From contig OZ242214.1 in assembly GCA_965206595.1 (NCBI GenBank), positions 640,001 through 704,000 of the forward strand: DNA of 64,000 bases. Direction: 5' to 3'. The position numbers and the translations under genes are program-made. Below are positions 11,501-19,843 of the stretch, piece by piece (position 1 is the first letter of the stretch; every line of letters starts with the position of its first letter). This stretch comes from Candidatus Latescibacterota bacterium (lineage in GTDB: Bacteria; Latescibacterota; UBA2968; UBA8231). The notes beneath the pieces are model-generated. The model worked only from the letters and a program-made list of their open reading frames with translations, was not told where the DNA came from and did not search any database.

Positions 11501-11629
11501 GGTAGCGCGGGCTACTGCCTTCAGCATCTCCGCCAGCGCTGGATAGAAGCTCTCCTCCCGTGCATCGCCTTGATTGGTCACGGAGGCGAGGTTTTGCAGA
11601 TACGGTGAAAAGATGGTTTTGGGGGTCAC
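8525..11629 (-). CDS. Single-chain type IIG/ISP-like restriction-modification enzyme (nuclease, N6-adenine MTase, C-terminal specificity domain)
   Basis: N-terminal PDF...YIEAK nuclease motif, then GVYYTP, motif I LDPAAGT and motif IV GNPPY. The C-terminus DFPRVP...IGGYQVCDKWLKDRK resembles the LlaBIII-type specificity domain. No SF2 helicase motifs seen. Confidence 0.88.
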   Translation of the reverse strand: MTPKTIFSPYLQNLASVTNQGDAREESFYPALAEMLKAVARATGRTDVQVTTLPRATEGGNPDFRLWNGTDRIVGYIEAKRPTEERLDVIENSEQLRRYLSTFPNLILTNFLEFRLYRNGERVRTVMAGRPVILNKVRAAPPLENQDDLYALLEQFLDFALPRTFTAESLAVELAKRTRLLRDVIGEQFDQERRAPGMLSGFFEAFQTYLIGSLTREGFADLFAQTITYGLFAARTRAGNGFNRRAAFDNIPHTVGVLRDLFRFISLDDLPTPLAWCVDDLAEVLDVADAPGILNRYYREGKGSDPVVHFYETFLAQYDPDERERRGVYYTPESVVGYIVRSLHSLLKTEFGKRDGLASEGMTLLDPAAGTMTFVARAAQEAVAEFEAKYGSGGRADFIRTHIIENFHALELMMAPYAVGHLKMSFFLEELGHRLADDERVRFYLTNTLDMEELEESRIPGLSALAEESRLAGEVKKQTPILCILGNPPYSGHSSNMGDWIRRLIDKYKQVDGKRLNEKNSKWLQNDYVKFLRFAEWKIEQAGQGVVGMITSHSYLDNPTFRGMRQSLMRTFDDIHVLDLHGHALKGEISPAGGTDQNVFDIRQGVAIAFFVKHGEKKAGDARVHHAGFFGTRKTKYAWLDIHDFRSTEWKQINPVSPYYLFIPRDDALEAGYRRFPSIPEIFPINSVGIVTARDSLTIQWSEQKVWDTVRVFSMMDPELARQGYQLGKDAQDWGVTLAQKDLLDSGLARENVVPILYRPFDVRYTYYTGRSRGFICRPRPEIMRHMLAGDNLTLVTPKQHKNEFGVFATSCIGGHKSVAAYDINYYFPLYLHITASDRRPNLNTKLAEVLAGVHGLTPEPEAIFHYVYALLHSPGYRDKYAEFLRSDFPRVPFTTDRELFAKLAAFGKRLVELHQLTSPELDSPSCRFEGEGDSVVAKAKAQGFRYDADEQRMYISKAQYFGPIPSEVFEHRIGGYQVCDKWLKDRKERRLDLNDIRTYCRMVTAIGITLEIQEQLDTVYAEVEESFVSVGGE

Positions 11630-11670
11630 TGGACTATTACCTTACCATTTGCGGTTGCGGAGACAACCGA

Positions 11671-12312
11671 TTAGTCCTCTGATAAACCAAGTTCTTTTTC
11701 CTTATTTGCTATCTCCGCCATGGTTACCCTGGGATTTTCCCCGGCCATTTCTAGAAATAGATCCGGATGTCTCATTATCAGATATGCAAACGTCTTTCGA
11801 TCAATTCCTTTGTTCGATAAGCCCAAGTCTTTTCGCATTGCAAGCAGGAAATCCCCCATGAAAAACATTGTTTCGGCGTCAGGCTCAGTATTTGACAAAT
11901 GGGTAATCCATTTAATGTAGGTCAGAAGAACGTTGGATCCACCCCAAACAACCATCTTCCGTTTCCATTCCTGAAGGAAGGGAACAAATCCCTCATCCAA
12001 TCTGCCTTCATATCCAAACAGCTTGAACAGCTCCTTCAAAAATTCATCGTAGATCTCTACTTTACGTTCCCTAAAATGTGCTTCTACCGCCTGTTTTCGC
12101 TCAAAATATTTGCCTAATGTAACTGTGAGTGTAGCACCAAATACTGTGCCAACTGCCGCCACTATGCCAATCGCTAGTTTTGCGTCGATTGATATGAGCT
12201 CTTCCCATACCGAAGAGATTACCCAATATACACCCGCAAGCAAGGCACCGATAACACTGATTAAAATTAACCCGAGAAAGAAGCCTTTGGATTTAATAAG
12301 GAATGTTTTCAT
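11671..12312 (-). CDS. Hypothetical membrane protein (2 N-terminal TM helices)
   Basis: AT-rich ORF with two hydrophobic segments followed by a helical soluble domain. Start placed at MKTFLIK. Confidence 0.7.
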   Translation of the reverse strand: MKTFLIKSKGFFLGLILISVIGALLAGVYWVISSVWEELISIDAKLAIGIVAAVGTVFGATLTVTLGKYFERKQAVEAHFRERKVEIYDEFLKELFKLFGYEGRLDEGFVPFLQEWKRKMVVWGGSNVLLTYIKWITHLSNTEPDAETMFFMGDFLLAMRKDLGLSNKGIDRKTFAYLIMRHPDLFLEMAGENPRVTMAEIANKEKELGLSED

Positions 12313-12636
12313 GGCCAAATCCTGAGGTGGAAAAAAGCCCAATGCTCCCGTGCCGAGGGTCATGCGAAGGGCACCGCTCCCGCTCGGCCCCTCAACTTTG
12401 CCTTGGAGAATGATCAACCCCTGCCGTAGATCGAAAGGACCCTCACAGGACGACCATGGTGTCCCGGCCATCAACAACGTTCATCACCTGTAACCTGACA
12501 TTCGTTTATCTTCCACCTCCGCATGGGCGATGTCAAGCTTTTGCTGAATGGCGGACGGTGCCCAAGGCGCGCGCCCAAGCAGGATGGGGATTGGCGACCC
12601 TCCGTCAACTCACCCCAAAGCCCAGGAAAGGAACTA

Positions 12637-13020
12637 CAGCATGTGGGAACGCAGTTCGAATGTCCTCGCATCGGCGACGACTACTTCCGGCAGCTGAAAC
12701 AGCTCGCCATCGACCATGTCTGCAGCACACCGGAGGGACCGGCCGGCTCCTGGACGGCCGACCACCTGAAGGGCACCGGGAGCCTATCGAGTCCTTCGGA
12801 ATCTTCCTCGACATGATCACGCTGGGGCACATGGGCATCGCCCCGGGAACCCTGTTTCCCGACATCATGCTGGGAGGCGAGACCGGGATCGCGAAACAGA
12901 CCAGGTCTGCGACATCCTCCGCTTCACCCCCGAAGCCGGGACCCCGGCAATGAAGTACTACCTGAGCTACTTGGCGGTCGTCAGCATCTCCCCGGCCAAG
13001 CGGCGCGGCGGCGAAACAGG
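12637..13020 (+). pseudogene. Degenerate mannonate dehydratase (UxuA-like) N-terminal fragment
   Basis: Pieces across several frames: HVGTQ..DDYFRQLKQLAIDHVC, IESFGIFLDMI..PDIMLG, RDRDRE, EAGTPAMKYYLS and RRGG. Their order matches the N-terminus of the intact paralogue at 48090-49049. Confidence 0.55.
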
Positions 13021-13115
13021 GATGCGCGGGCAACCGACAGTCGGATTGGCCGTTCGCGCCGGGAAATCAATCGGGTCGACTGGCGCGTCTGGTGCAGGTG
13101 GTTCCGTCAGACTTC

Positions 13116-13395
13116 CTATTTGATATAGAGCAGCCGTCGCGTCTCCACCCCACCGGGGTAAAGCAGGCGGGTGACATAGATCCCCGCGGCCACCTCAGCG
13201 CCACGCTGGTCGCGGGCGTCCCAGAAAACCTGGTAGAAGCCTGGGCTCTGGACCTCATTCACAAGGACGCGCACCGGCTGGCCTAGGATATTGTAGACCT
13301 CCAGCCGCACCGTGCCTGGGGTGGCCAGGCCGTAAGGGATCAGGACGGTGCTGTTGAAGGGGTTGGGCGCATTGGGGTTAATCGCGAGCAGCGGA
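13116..13395 (-). pseudogene. Orphan C-terminal FlgD-Ig/secretion-sorting domain of a truncated extracellular protein
   Basis: Reads NPNAPNPFNSTVLIPYGL...VRLEVYNILGQPVRVLV...WDARDQRGAEVAAGIY. An in-frame stop lies just upstream with no start codon before the domain. Confidence 0.75.
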
Positions 13396-13470
13396 TGTCC
13401 GCCTTCATGCGCCGCTGCTGCGATTCACGAGCCGACCTGTTTGCAGATCAATCGGGTGCTGAGTGGGGAG

Positions 13471-15525
13471 TCACTCCAGCAATGCCTTCAGCAGGGCATC
13501 CGGGGTGTCGGAGTAGAACTGCACGTTGACGCGCGTCGCCATGTCGTCGGAGAGTTCGAACAATTGCTTCCGATCCGAGACAGGGATCAGAACCGTTTCC
13601 GCCCCTTTCTCGACCGCGGCTTCCACGATGCCGACGGCATTCGCCAATGGCTCCACCGAGCCTCCGAGGTTCAGGGCACCCACCACGATCAGGCCGCCCT
13701 TCAGGCTCTTCTCCAGCAACGCGCCACAGAGCGCCAGCAGCGCCGGCAGTCCCAGAGACGCTCCCGAACGGTCGTTGTCCATGGCGCGAAGCTGCACGGA
13801 GAATTCATGGGATCGGGGGTCGCGGTCTCCAACCAGCTCCCTCGCCCGGGTGTACAGGTTCTGCTCGGCGTACCTGGTGCTTTCGCGAAACCCCTGAGGG
13901 ACGGGCGAGTTCAGAATCCTTACCCCGGTGCCCCGGCCCGCCGTGACCTCGATTCGGTACAGGGAGGGGCCCGTCTCCTGTCCGCCCGGACCGATTCCCC
14001 ACACCTGGCCCGGCGGCAACGGGTCCGGATCGATGGCGTCGTCGCTGCGCAGCTCCGGGGTGGCGACGAACTTCTCTATTCCGTCTTCACCCATCGCGTA
14101 ACTGAACTGCGTGTTGCGGAACTCGCTCTTGAACACCCGCTTCTGCTGCTCCTTGACCCGGCGGCGGGTCTCCATGGCCAGACGCACCAGCGGCTCCAAC
14201 TCATCGTCGGGGACCGGCATTTCCGGATCAGGGTACAGCAACTTGAGCAGGCCGCTCACGGTCTTGTTGACCGAGGTGATGTCCCGTCCGCTGAGCGCGC
14301 CGCCGTAGTTCACTCTTCCCTGCAGTTGCTGAACGCGGCTGCCTGTGCGCAACCGGCTCCAGCACTCCGAAAGGAAGTCGCTGACCAGGCCGAAGTGGTT
14401 GGTGAAGTGTTCGTTCGGGTTGAGCTTGGGGAAGTCCCAACCGGGCACGTAGGCATGAATGCGATCCATGAAGGCCGTATCGTCGCGCATGTCCGCGGAC
14501 AGGGGACTGAACAGGTGGCCGATCCGTTGCTGGTGCTCGACCTCCACGTCGAGGTTGCCGACCATGACCACCCCGCCATCGGCCCGGATGCTCTCCTTGC
14601 CGCGCGAGAACTCGCCTGACTCCATGTACCCCTTGAGAATGTTGACGCCGTCCTTCTGATCGAAGGAGACGCTGGCAATTTCGTCGAAACAGACCACGTC
14701 GTATTGACAGACGAGGCCGCGCTGCCCGGTGGCGTTGTTGACGAACATCTTGGCCACCGTCGCCTTGCCGCCGGAGATCAGGTGGGCGTAGGGGGAGATC
14801 TGCTGGAACAGATGGCTCTTGCCGGTCCCGCGCGGCCCCAGCTCGACCATGTTGTAGTTGCGCTCGACGAACGGCGTCATCCGGATCAGCGCCACCATCT
14901 GCGCCCTTTCGGAGAGCGCCTCGGGCTCCAGTCCGATGCTGCGCAGCAGGATGCGCTTCCACTCCTCGCTGGTGAACTGGCTGCGGCCGTGCCGGAGGGT
15001 ATCCAGCGTGTCGGCTTTGGAGAGCTGAATGGCGCGGAGACCATCTACGGCAAAGGGGCGCCCGTTCTTCTCCTGGGCGATGGCGGCGTCGTAGCTCAGC
15101 GTTACCTCGGCGTAGAAGCCGTCGGTCAGCATGCGCTCGTGCTGCTTGACCAGACTGTCGTCGATACGGACATCCTTGAGCGCGAGACTGGGAAGTTCGG
15201 CAATAAGAGAATCAGTCCTGGCGTCCAGCCTCGCCTTGACGATGTCGATCAGCTTGATGGAACCGAGGTCGCGCGCCCGGGCTTTGAACAGTTCTTCTTC
15301 TCCGCTCCGTACCGTGCGGTCGGCCAGCTGCCGCTCCACGATTTCGAGCCCTTCCTCGATTTCCCGTTCGTCGGTGGTGGCGCAGTAGCGCCCGAGCAGG
15401 AACTCGACGACGTAGGTGGGAACCGGGTACTGGCGGCTGTACTTGCGCACCAAATCCTTGCGAACCAGGTAGCCGTCGAAGGCGTTCGCCGCCCTCTGGT
15501 CGAGTTCGTCGAGTTCCAGTCTCAC
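13471..15525 (-). CDS. brxL: BREX Lon-like AAA+ protein BrxL
   Basis: Motifs VPTYVVEFLLGRYC, NYNMVELGPRGTGKSH, VCFDE, MESGEFSRG and AFMDRIH, with a Lon-like C-terminal domain. Overlaps the pglZ stop (GTGA). Confidence 0.95.
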   Translation of the reverse strand: MRLELDELDQRAANAFDGYLVRKDLVRKYSRQYPVPTYVVEFLLGRYCATTDEREIEEGLEIVERQLADRTVRSGEEELFKARARDLGSIKLIDIVKARLDARTDSLIAELPSLALKDVRIDDSLVKQHERMLTDGFYAEVTLSYDAAIAQEKNGRPFAVDGLRAIQLSKADTLDTLRHGRSQFTSEEWKRILLRSIGLEPEALSERAQMVALIRMTPFVERNYNMVELGPRGTGKSHLFQQISPYAHLISGGKATVAKMFVNNATGQRGLVCQYDVVCFDEIASVSFDQKDGVNILKGYMESGEFSRGKESIRADGGVVMVGNLDVEVEHQQRIGHLFSPLSADMRDDTAFMDRIHAYVPGWDFPKLNPNEHFTNHFGLVSDFLSECWSRLRTGSRVQQLQGRVNYGGALSGRDITSVNKTVSGLLKLLYPDPEMPVPDDELEPLVRLAMETRRRVKEQQKRVFKSEFRNTQFSYAMGEDGIEKFVATPELRSDDAIDPDPLPPGQVWGIGPGGQETGPSLYRIEVTAGRGTGVRILNSPVPQGFRESTRYAEQNLYTRARELVGDRDPRSHEFSVQLRAMDNDRSGASLGLPALLALCGALLEKSLKGGLIVVGALNLGGSVEPLANAVGIVEAAVEKGAETVLIPVSDRKQLFELSDDMATRVNVQFYSDTPDALLKALLE

Positions 15526-17846
15526 TGTTCACCTCCGATGATCGTCGATTGCTGCGCGATGACGTGACCGCCGGCATCGAGAACGACAATCGCCGCCGTT
15601 GTTCCCTCGAGCTCATCGTCGCCGACCAACAGGCTTGCGGTGCCATCGCCATCCACGGGACGCGCGCTGCTGACGCTCGAATTCGCGTCTCCTATGCGGG
15701 TCCTCAGATCGACCGACAGTCCCGGAAGGACGGGCTCGACCCGCACCCGGCACCGGAAGCCGACCCAGGAGAAGTCGGCAATGCGAATGTCGACCGTTCC
15801 AGGGCCCGCCCCCCCGGTGATCCGAATAACCGGCACCAGGCTCTCCTGGAGACTCAAGCCTCCGTGGGCGTACTCGTTACCCTCTACGAAGCAGGCGATT
15901 CCGGGCGCAACTGCGATACGTTCCTGGGGGTTCCAATCCCAACTCACAACCGGCGTTTCGACGGCCGAGCCGCCCTCGATGGCGGCGCAGCGCGCCCAGC
16001 GGCTGATGGTCAGGTACCTGGGGAGGTCGACCTTCGGCAGGCCGCCCGGAAGCCACAGCCAACCGTGATCCGTCACCACGCGAACCTCCTGCCAACCACC
16101 TTTCAGAAGCATCCCGATCCGTTCGCGCAGCAGCTCGATCTGTTCATCAATCCGGGCGGCGAGCCCCGCTTGCAACGAATGGCCCAGCCTGTCGAGCCCC
16201 CCGTGTTCCGTCCAGGCGCAGCCGGACGAGTCGCCCGTTTCGTTCGCCTGGAGGTACTGATACCCGGCAGCCTTGAGGAGCTCGCGAAACCGATCTGTGG
16301 TCAAGGGGCGTTCGGTCTCCGCGGTTACCGGCCGAAACTCCTCCCCCAGGGAAAGGCCCGTGATGCTCTTGATCACCGGCGAGACCGCCGGCTTCGCGGT
16401 CGCGGTGACGGTAGGGTGGGCGGACCATTGCGTTGCCGTCGACACGGAACGGCCCCCTGCCCGCAGCAGCTCAACGAGGCGCTGGGACACGTCGAAACGC
16501 AGGCCGTCCGCGAAGAGAATCACCGTTCCGGGTTCAATCGGCGTATCATACGATTCCTGTCGGTCGCGTACCACACCCGGCCGTTCCAGCGCCTGCAGAT
16601 GCCGGGCTGCGGACTCCATCCAGGGGCGGTAGATCGCGTCCAGTGCCCGGCTAACGGCTTGGGTGTCAGCGGCCGATTTCACCGCGGCCATGCTGCGGAG
16701 GGCGGCGTCATCAACCTTCCAGGCCTCCTCGGCGTACAGCTCTGCCATCTGCGCAATGGAGGCACCGCCCAGCTCGCTCGACGCGCCCGACGCCAAAACG
16801 GCCAAGTGCTCGAGAGCGTCCGCCAGAGGCGCTTGGCCGAGCTTCGCCCAGACCCAGCCGCGTCGTTCTCCGTGCTTCTTTTCGAGCTCGATGACTTTTT
16901 TTCGGGCTGCGGCCGGTGGGCCTTCGAGTTTCTGAAGAGCGTCCCGCAGGGCGTTTTCGTTCGCTTCGTTTTGCTGGGGCCAGGAAGAACCTTGGGCGAA
17001 CAGGTCGCTAGGCCCGGCCTTGCCCAACAACTCGGGCACACCCACGAACGGCGCCGGGGACTCGGCAAAACGGTTCCACACCGGTCCCCAGGCCCCTTCG
17101 CGCTTCCCGAGCCGCTCCGCCGCGGCCAGGTCACCGTCCTTCTCCGGGTCGAAGCCGAAATCCGCCTGGCAACGCGACCGGAAGGCATTCCACCTTGCAC
17201 CAGTCCAGCGGGTCCTCACTTGCTCGGAGTCGCTCATCCAGGTCAGCACGTCCCTGACCGGATCGTCGGAGAAGAGCCGGTCGAAATCCTCCGCTTCGAG
17301 GCGCCGGCCTTGCAGCGCCTGCACCGGGGTGGCAGCCAGCTCCGCGAGGGCGCGGTGCATGGCATCACGAGTGGCCGCGTCCTTGGCGACGTCCAGTCCA
17401 AGGCCGCCGTCCGGGGAGGCGAGGAAGGCCTCCACCGTCCAGTCCCTGCCGTTCTTCTGTTTCCAGCAGGCGCCCCGGTACTGGAGCTCGACCAGGGGTT
17501 TCAGGTGATGCGGGCAGGATTCCGCTGCGCCCAGTTGCCCGCGGCCCACACCGGGCAGGTAGAGGACCGGCGTCGACTCGCCGGGGATCTGGGGAGGCAC
17601 CGGAGCCCTCTCGATGACGCAACGCAGCCAGATCGCGGGTCCGCTGCGGTTCTCAGGATCGTACTCGCCCAGGACCAGCAGATGCGGCATGAGAGGGAGC
17701 AGCTGCGGGATGATGGGCTGCCAGCGTGCGTCGGGATCCGTCCACAGGATGGCAGCCGGCTTCACCGCGTCGTTCGGGTTGTGGTCGGCAGCGGCTTCGA
17801 GGGACGCCTTCAGTCTTTCGACTACGGTTGCGGTTTGTGGGGTCAT
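15522..17846 (-). CDS. pglZ: BREX-1 phosphatase/nuclease PglZ (type B-like)
   Basis: Alkaline-phosphatase-fold motifs FADGLRFD, PTVTATAK, D..GH, VVTDHGW and YAHGGLSLQE. Lies directly before brxL. Confidence 0.93.
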   Translation of the reverse strand: MTPQTATVVERLKASLEAAADHNPNDAVKPAAILWTDPDARWQPIIPQLLPLMPHLLVLGEYDPENRSGPAIWLRCVIERAPVPPQIPGESTPVLYLPGVGRGQLGAAESCPHHLKPLVELQYRGACWKQKNGRDWTVEAFLASPDGGLGLDVAKDAATRDAMHRALAELAATPVQALQGRRLEAEDFDRLFSDDPVRDVLTWMSDSEQVRTRWTGARWNAFRSRCQADFGFDPEKDGDLAAAERLGKREGAWGPVWNRFAESPAPFVGVPELLGKAGPSDLFAQGSSWPQQNEANENALRDALQKLEGPPAAARKKVIELEKKHGERRGWVWAKLGQAPLADALEHLAVLASGASSELGGASIAQMAELYAEEAWKVDDAALRSMAAVKSAADTQAVSRALDAIYRPWMESAARHLQALERPGVVRDRQESYDTPIEPGTVILFADGLRFDVSQRLVELLRAGGRSVSTATQWSAHPTVTATAKPAVSPVIKSITGLSLGEEFRPVTAETERPLTTDRFRELLKAAGYQYLQANETGDSSGCAWTEHGGLDRLGHSLQAGLAARIDEQIELLRERIGMLLKGGWQEVRVVTDHGWLWLPGGLPKVDLPRYLTISRWARCAAIEGGSAVETPVVSWDWNPQERIAVAPGIACFVEGNEYAHGGLSLQESLVPVIRITGGAGPGTVDIRIADFSWVGFRCRVRVEPVLPGLSVDLRTRIGDANSSVSSARPVDGDGTASLLVGDDELEGTTAAIVVLDAGGHVIAQQSTIIGGEQ

Positions 17847-17930
17847 GGTTCGAGGTCCGCCTTCCAGCCAGGCGCCCCAAAAGTGTGAGGCGAAGCCCGG
17901 CGGTCGGATGACCTGAGATAGGACCGGTCT

Positions 17931-18278
17931 TCAAACCGGGTCATCTGTCGCAGGCTCCGGCTCCGCGTCAGGCCAGCGGTAGCATTCCTCTCTGAGTTCA
18001 TCCCCTGTCACGATGCCGCCGTACTCACTGAGCAACGTAGCGGTGCGAGCCTCCCGGAATGTTCGTAGCACCTTGCCTCGGGCGTCAAACCAGGTCTGGC
18101 ACACGGGATCGTCGCCAAAGAATTGCCGGATCGCTTCATGGCCGTCTTCGGCCCGAACAGTCAAAGAGCCGGCTTGGGAACCCTGGTTGTCCCACAAAGT
18201 CATGCGGAAGTACTCCGGGCCTTCTTCCATCGCGACGTTGCCCCAGGGGTCTTTCAGGTCATGGTAGTAGGTGCTCAT
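17931..18278 (-). CDS. Hypothetical protein
   Basis: 115-aa ORF co-oriented within the BREX operon, with a GAGGA-like RBS. No motif recognised. Confidence 0.65.
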   Translation of the reverse strand: MSTYYHDLKDPWGNVAMEEGPEYFRMTLWDNQGSQAGSLTVRAEDGHEAIRQFFGDDPVCQTWFDARGKVLRTFREARTATLLSEYGGIVTGDELREECYRWPDAEPEPATDDPV

Positions 18279-18357
18279 GGATTCTCGTCCTCGACAAGGG
18301 AGTTCACGGGGACAGGTGAGGGTTGCGCAGACTTTCAGCAGAAGGGCCGCATGGTGA

Positions 18358-18570
18358 TCACGCGATCCGTGAATACGGATAGCTGTCCCTGATGTACATG
18401 TTTAGGAACCGCCCCTTGGACGGCGCCTCCATCATCCGGTCATGCATAGGGTCAGGCACACCATAGTATTGGTATACCCAACCGCTCAGGAATTCTACCT
18501 CGAGGGTCTGCGTCTTTGTGTCGTAGCCAATCGACCTTACCATCGTGGATGAAACAGGGTATTTGTCCAC
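18358..18570 (-). CDS. KTSC domain protein
   Basis: Pattern VSSTMVRSIGYD...LEVEF.SG..YQY.GVP...APSKGRF...IR. Confidence 0.92.
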   Translation of the reverse strand: MDKYPVSSTMVRSIGYDTKTQTLEVEFLSGWVYQYYGVPDPMHDRMMEAPSKGRFLNMYIRDSYPYSRIA

Positions 18571-18574
18571 GGTT

Positions 18575-19843
18575 CTACTCAGTCACCTCCGGAGCAGCCG
18601 CGTAGATGGTGAGCAGAAGCTCGGCGTCGCCGATCATCCGGTAGGTCGGTGTCTTTCCCGAGAGGCGCTCGCTGTTGTCGAGGATGATCCGCACCCCTTC
18701 CCCACGGCGGTCCATCAGGGTTGCGCGGTCGGTGGTCAGCCAGGAGTGGTCCGGCACCGGGATTCGCGCCAGCAGACTGGCAACAGTCTCGTTGCGGGCC
18801 GACTGAATGTGCACCAGATCGTCGACGCCCATCGAATTGGGAATCGACCCGGGCGAGTAGATCTCCAACCGGTCATCGAAGAGCCGCAAGCGGATCTTGG
18901 ACCCGTGGATGGAGTAGTCCCGGTGCGCGACGGCATTGACCACCGCTTCGAAGACGGCGGCCATGTCGAACTGCGGTCGGTCCACCCGTCCCATGTTCTT
19001 GAAGGCCGCGGTCTTCATATTCTTGGCGACGAAGCGGCAGGCGTTCTCGACCTGCGCATCCAGCGGTCCGGCCACGTCTTCGGCGTCGAGCTGGTAGGGA
19101 TCGTCCGATCCCACGCGGACTTCGGTGCCGCGGTAGGCAACCGCCTGAACGTAGGCACTGGGCAGCCACTCCCGAGGGTCCGTCGCAGCAACGAGAATGC
19201 CCGCAACGGTCGGCTTGAGGTTGCCCCGTTCATCGGTTCGCGCCAAGTGCAGGTTTGACAGGAAGCGGGAAGACTCCGTAGCCGACCGGGGGGTTCTGAA
19301 CCGCTCGACCAGGTCATCCTGCAGGTCGTCGAGCGAGGCCTCGGCCACGACCTCCTCGTCGAATCGCACCAGACCGGTCCGCGAACGCTGCGCCAGCAGG
19401 CGCGCGAGATACTCGGTGGACATGGGCCGCTTTTCGCTCCCGACCCGGAGCAGGTATCCGCGGGGGCTGCGATGAACGAACAGGCTGGGCGCAACGTCGA
19501 TCTTGATTGCCGGAACCTCGCCCCCCGTCGCGGTCGGCAGCTCAAGGCGCTCGATGATGGGCGCAACAGAGGGGTCGATCGAGTCCCGGCAGATCTCGCG
19601 CACGAGCAATTCCGCCGCATCGAGACCCTCGGCCGGGATGCCCAGGACCTCGCGGGGCTTGTCCAGGACGCCCAAGACGATCACGCCGCCGTGGCTGTTG
19701 GCAAAAGCAGCGATTTCGTCCGCGAGGGAGTCGCGACGCGGCTCCTTGACCTGTCTGCCTGCCAAGCGCACTTCCTTCAACTCCAGATAGGAGTCCTCGC
19801 CCAGGCGGATCTTGTCGAGAAGTTCGCGCTTGCTATCGAACAT
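18575..19843 (-). CDS. Schlafen/AlbA_2 domain plus HATPase_c_4 (RecG-C-like) protein
   Basis: N-terminal GEDSYLELK...IAAFANSHGGVIVLGV, then EAVVNAVAHRDY, LEIYSPG, RN and G.GV. The start overlaps the stop of the PHP-ATPase gene. Confidence 0.88.
   Translation of the reverse strand: MFDSKRELLDKIRLGEDSYLELKEVRLAGRQVKEPRRDSLADEIAAFANSHGGVIVLGVLDKPREVLGIPAEGLDAAELLVREICRDSIDPSVAPIIERLELPTATGGEVPAIKIDVAPSLFVHRSPRGYLLRVGSEKRPMSTEYLARLLAQRSRTGLVRFDEEVVAEASLDDLQDDLVERFRTPRSATESSRFLSNLHLARTDERGNLKPTVAGILVAATDPREWLPSAYVQAVAYRGTEVRVGSDDPYQLDAEDVAGPLDAQVENACRFVAKNMKTAAFKNMGRVDRPQFDMAAVFEAVVNAVAHRDYSIHGSKIRLRLFDDRLEIYSPGSIPNSMGVDDLVHIQSARNETVASLLARIPVPDHSWLTTDRATLMDRRGEGVRIILDNSERLSGKTPTYRMIGDAELLLTIYAAAPEVTE

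Noticed and set aside
8525-11629. Full type ISP enzyme with helicase
   Set aside because: No SF2 helicase motifs are seen and the protein is too short.
15549-17888. Long plus-strand ORFs antisense to real genes (also 40-1281, 37233-38651, 49162-50844, and the alternate-frame 53211-55943)
   Set aside because: These are shadow ORFs caused by high GC and codon bias. They carry no motifs and overlap well-supported genes.
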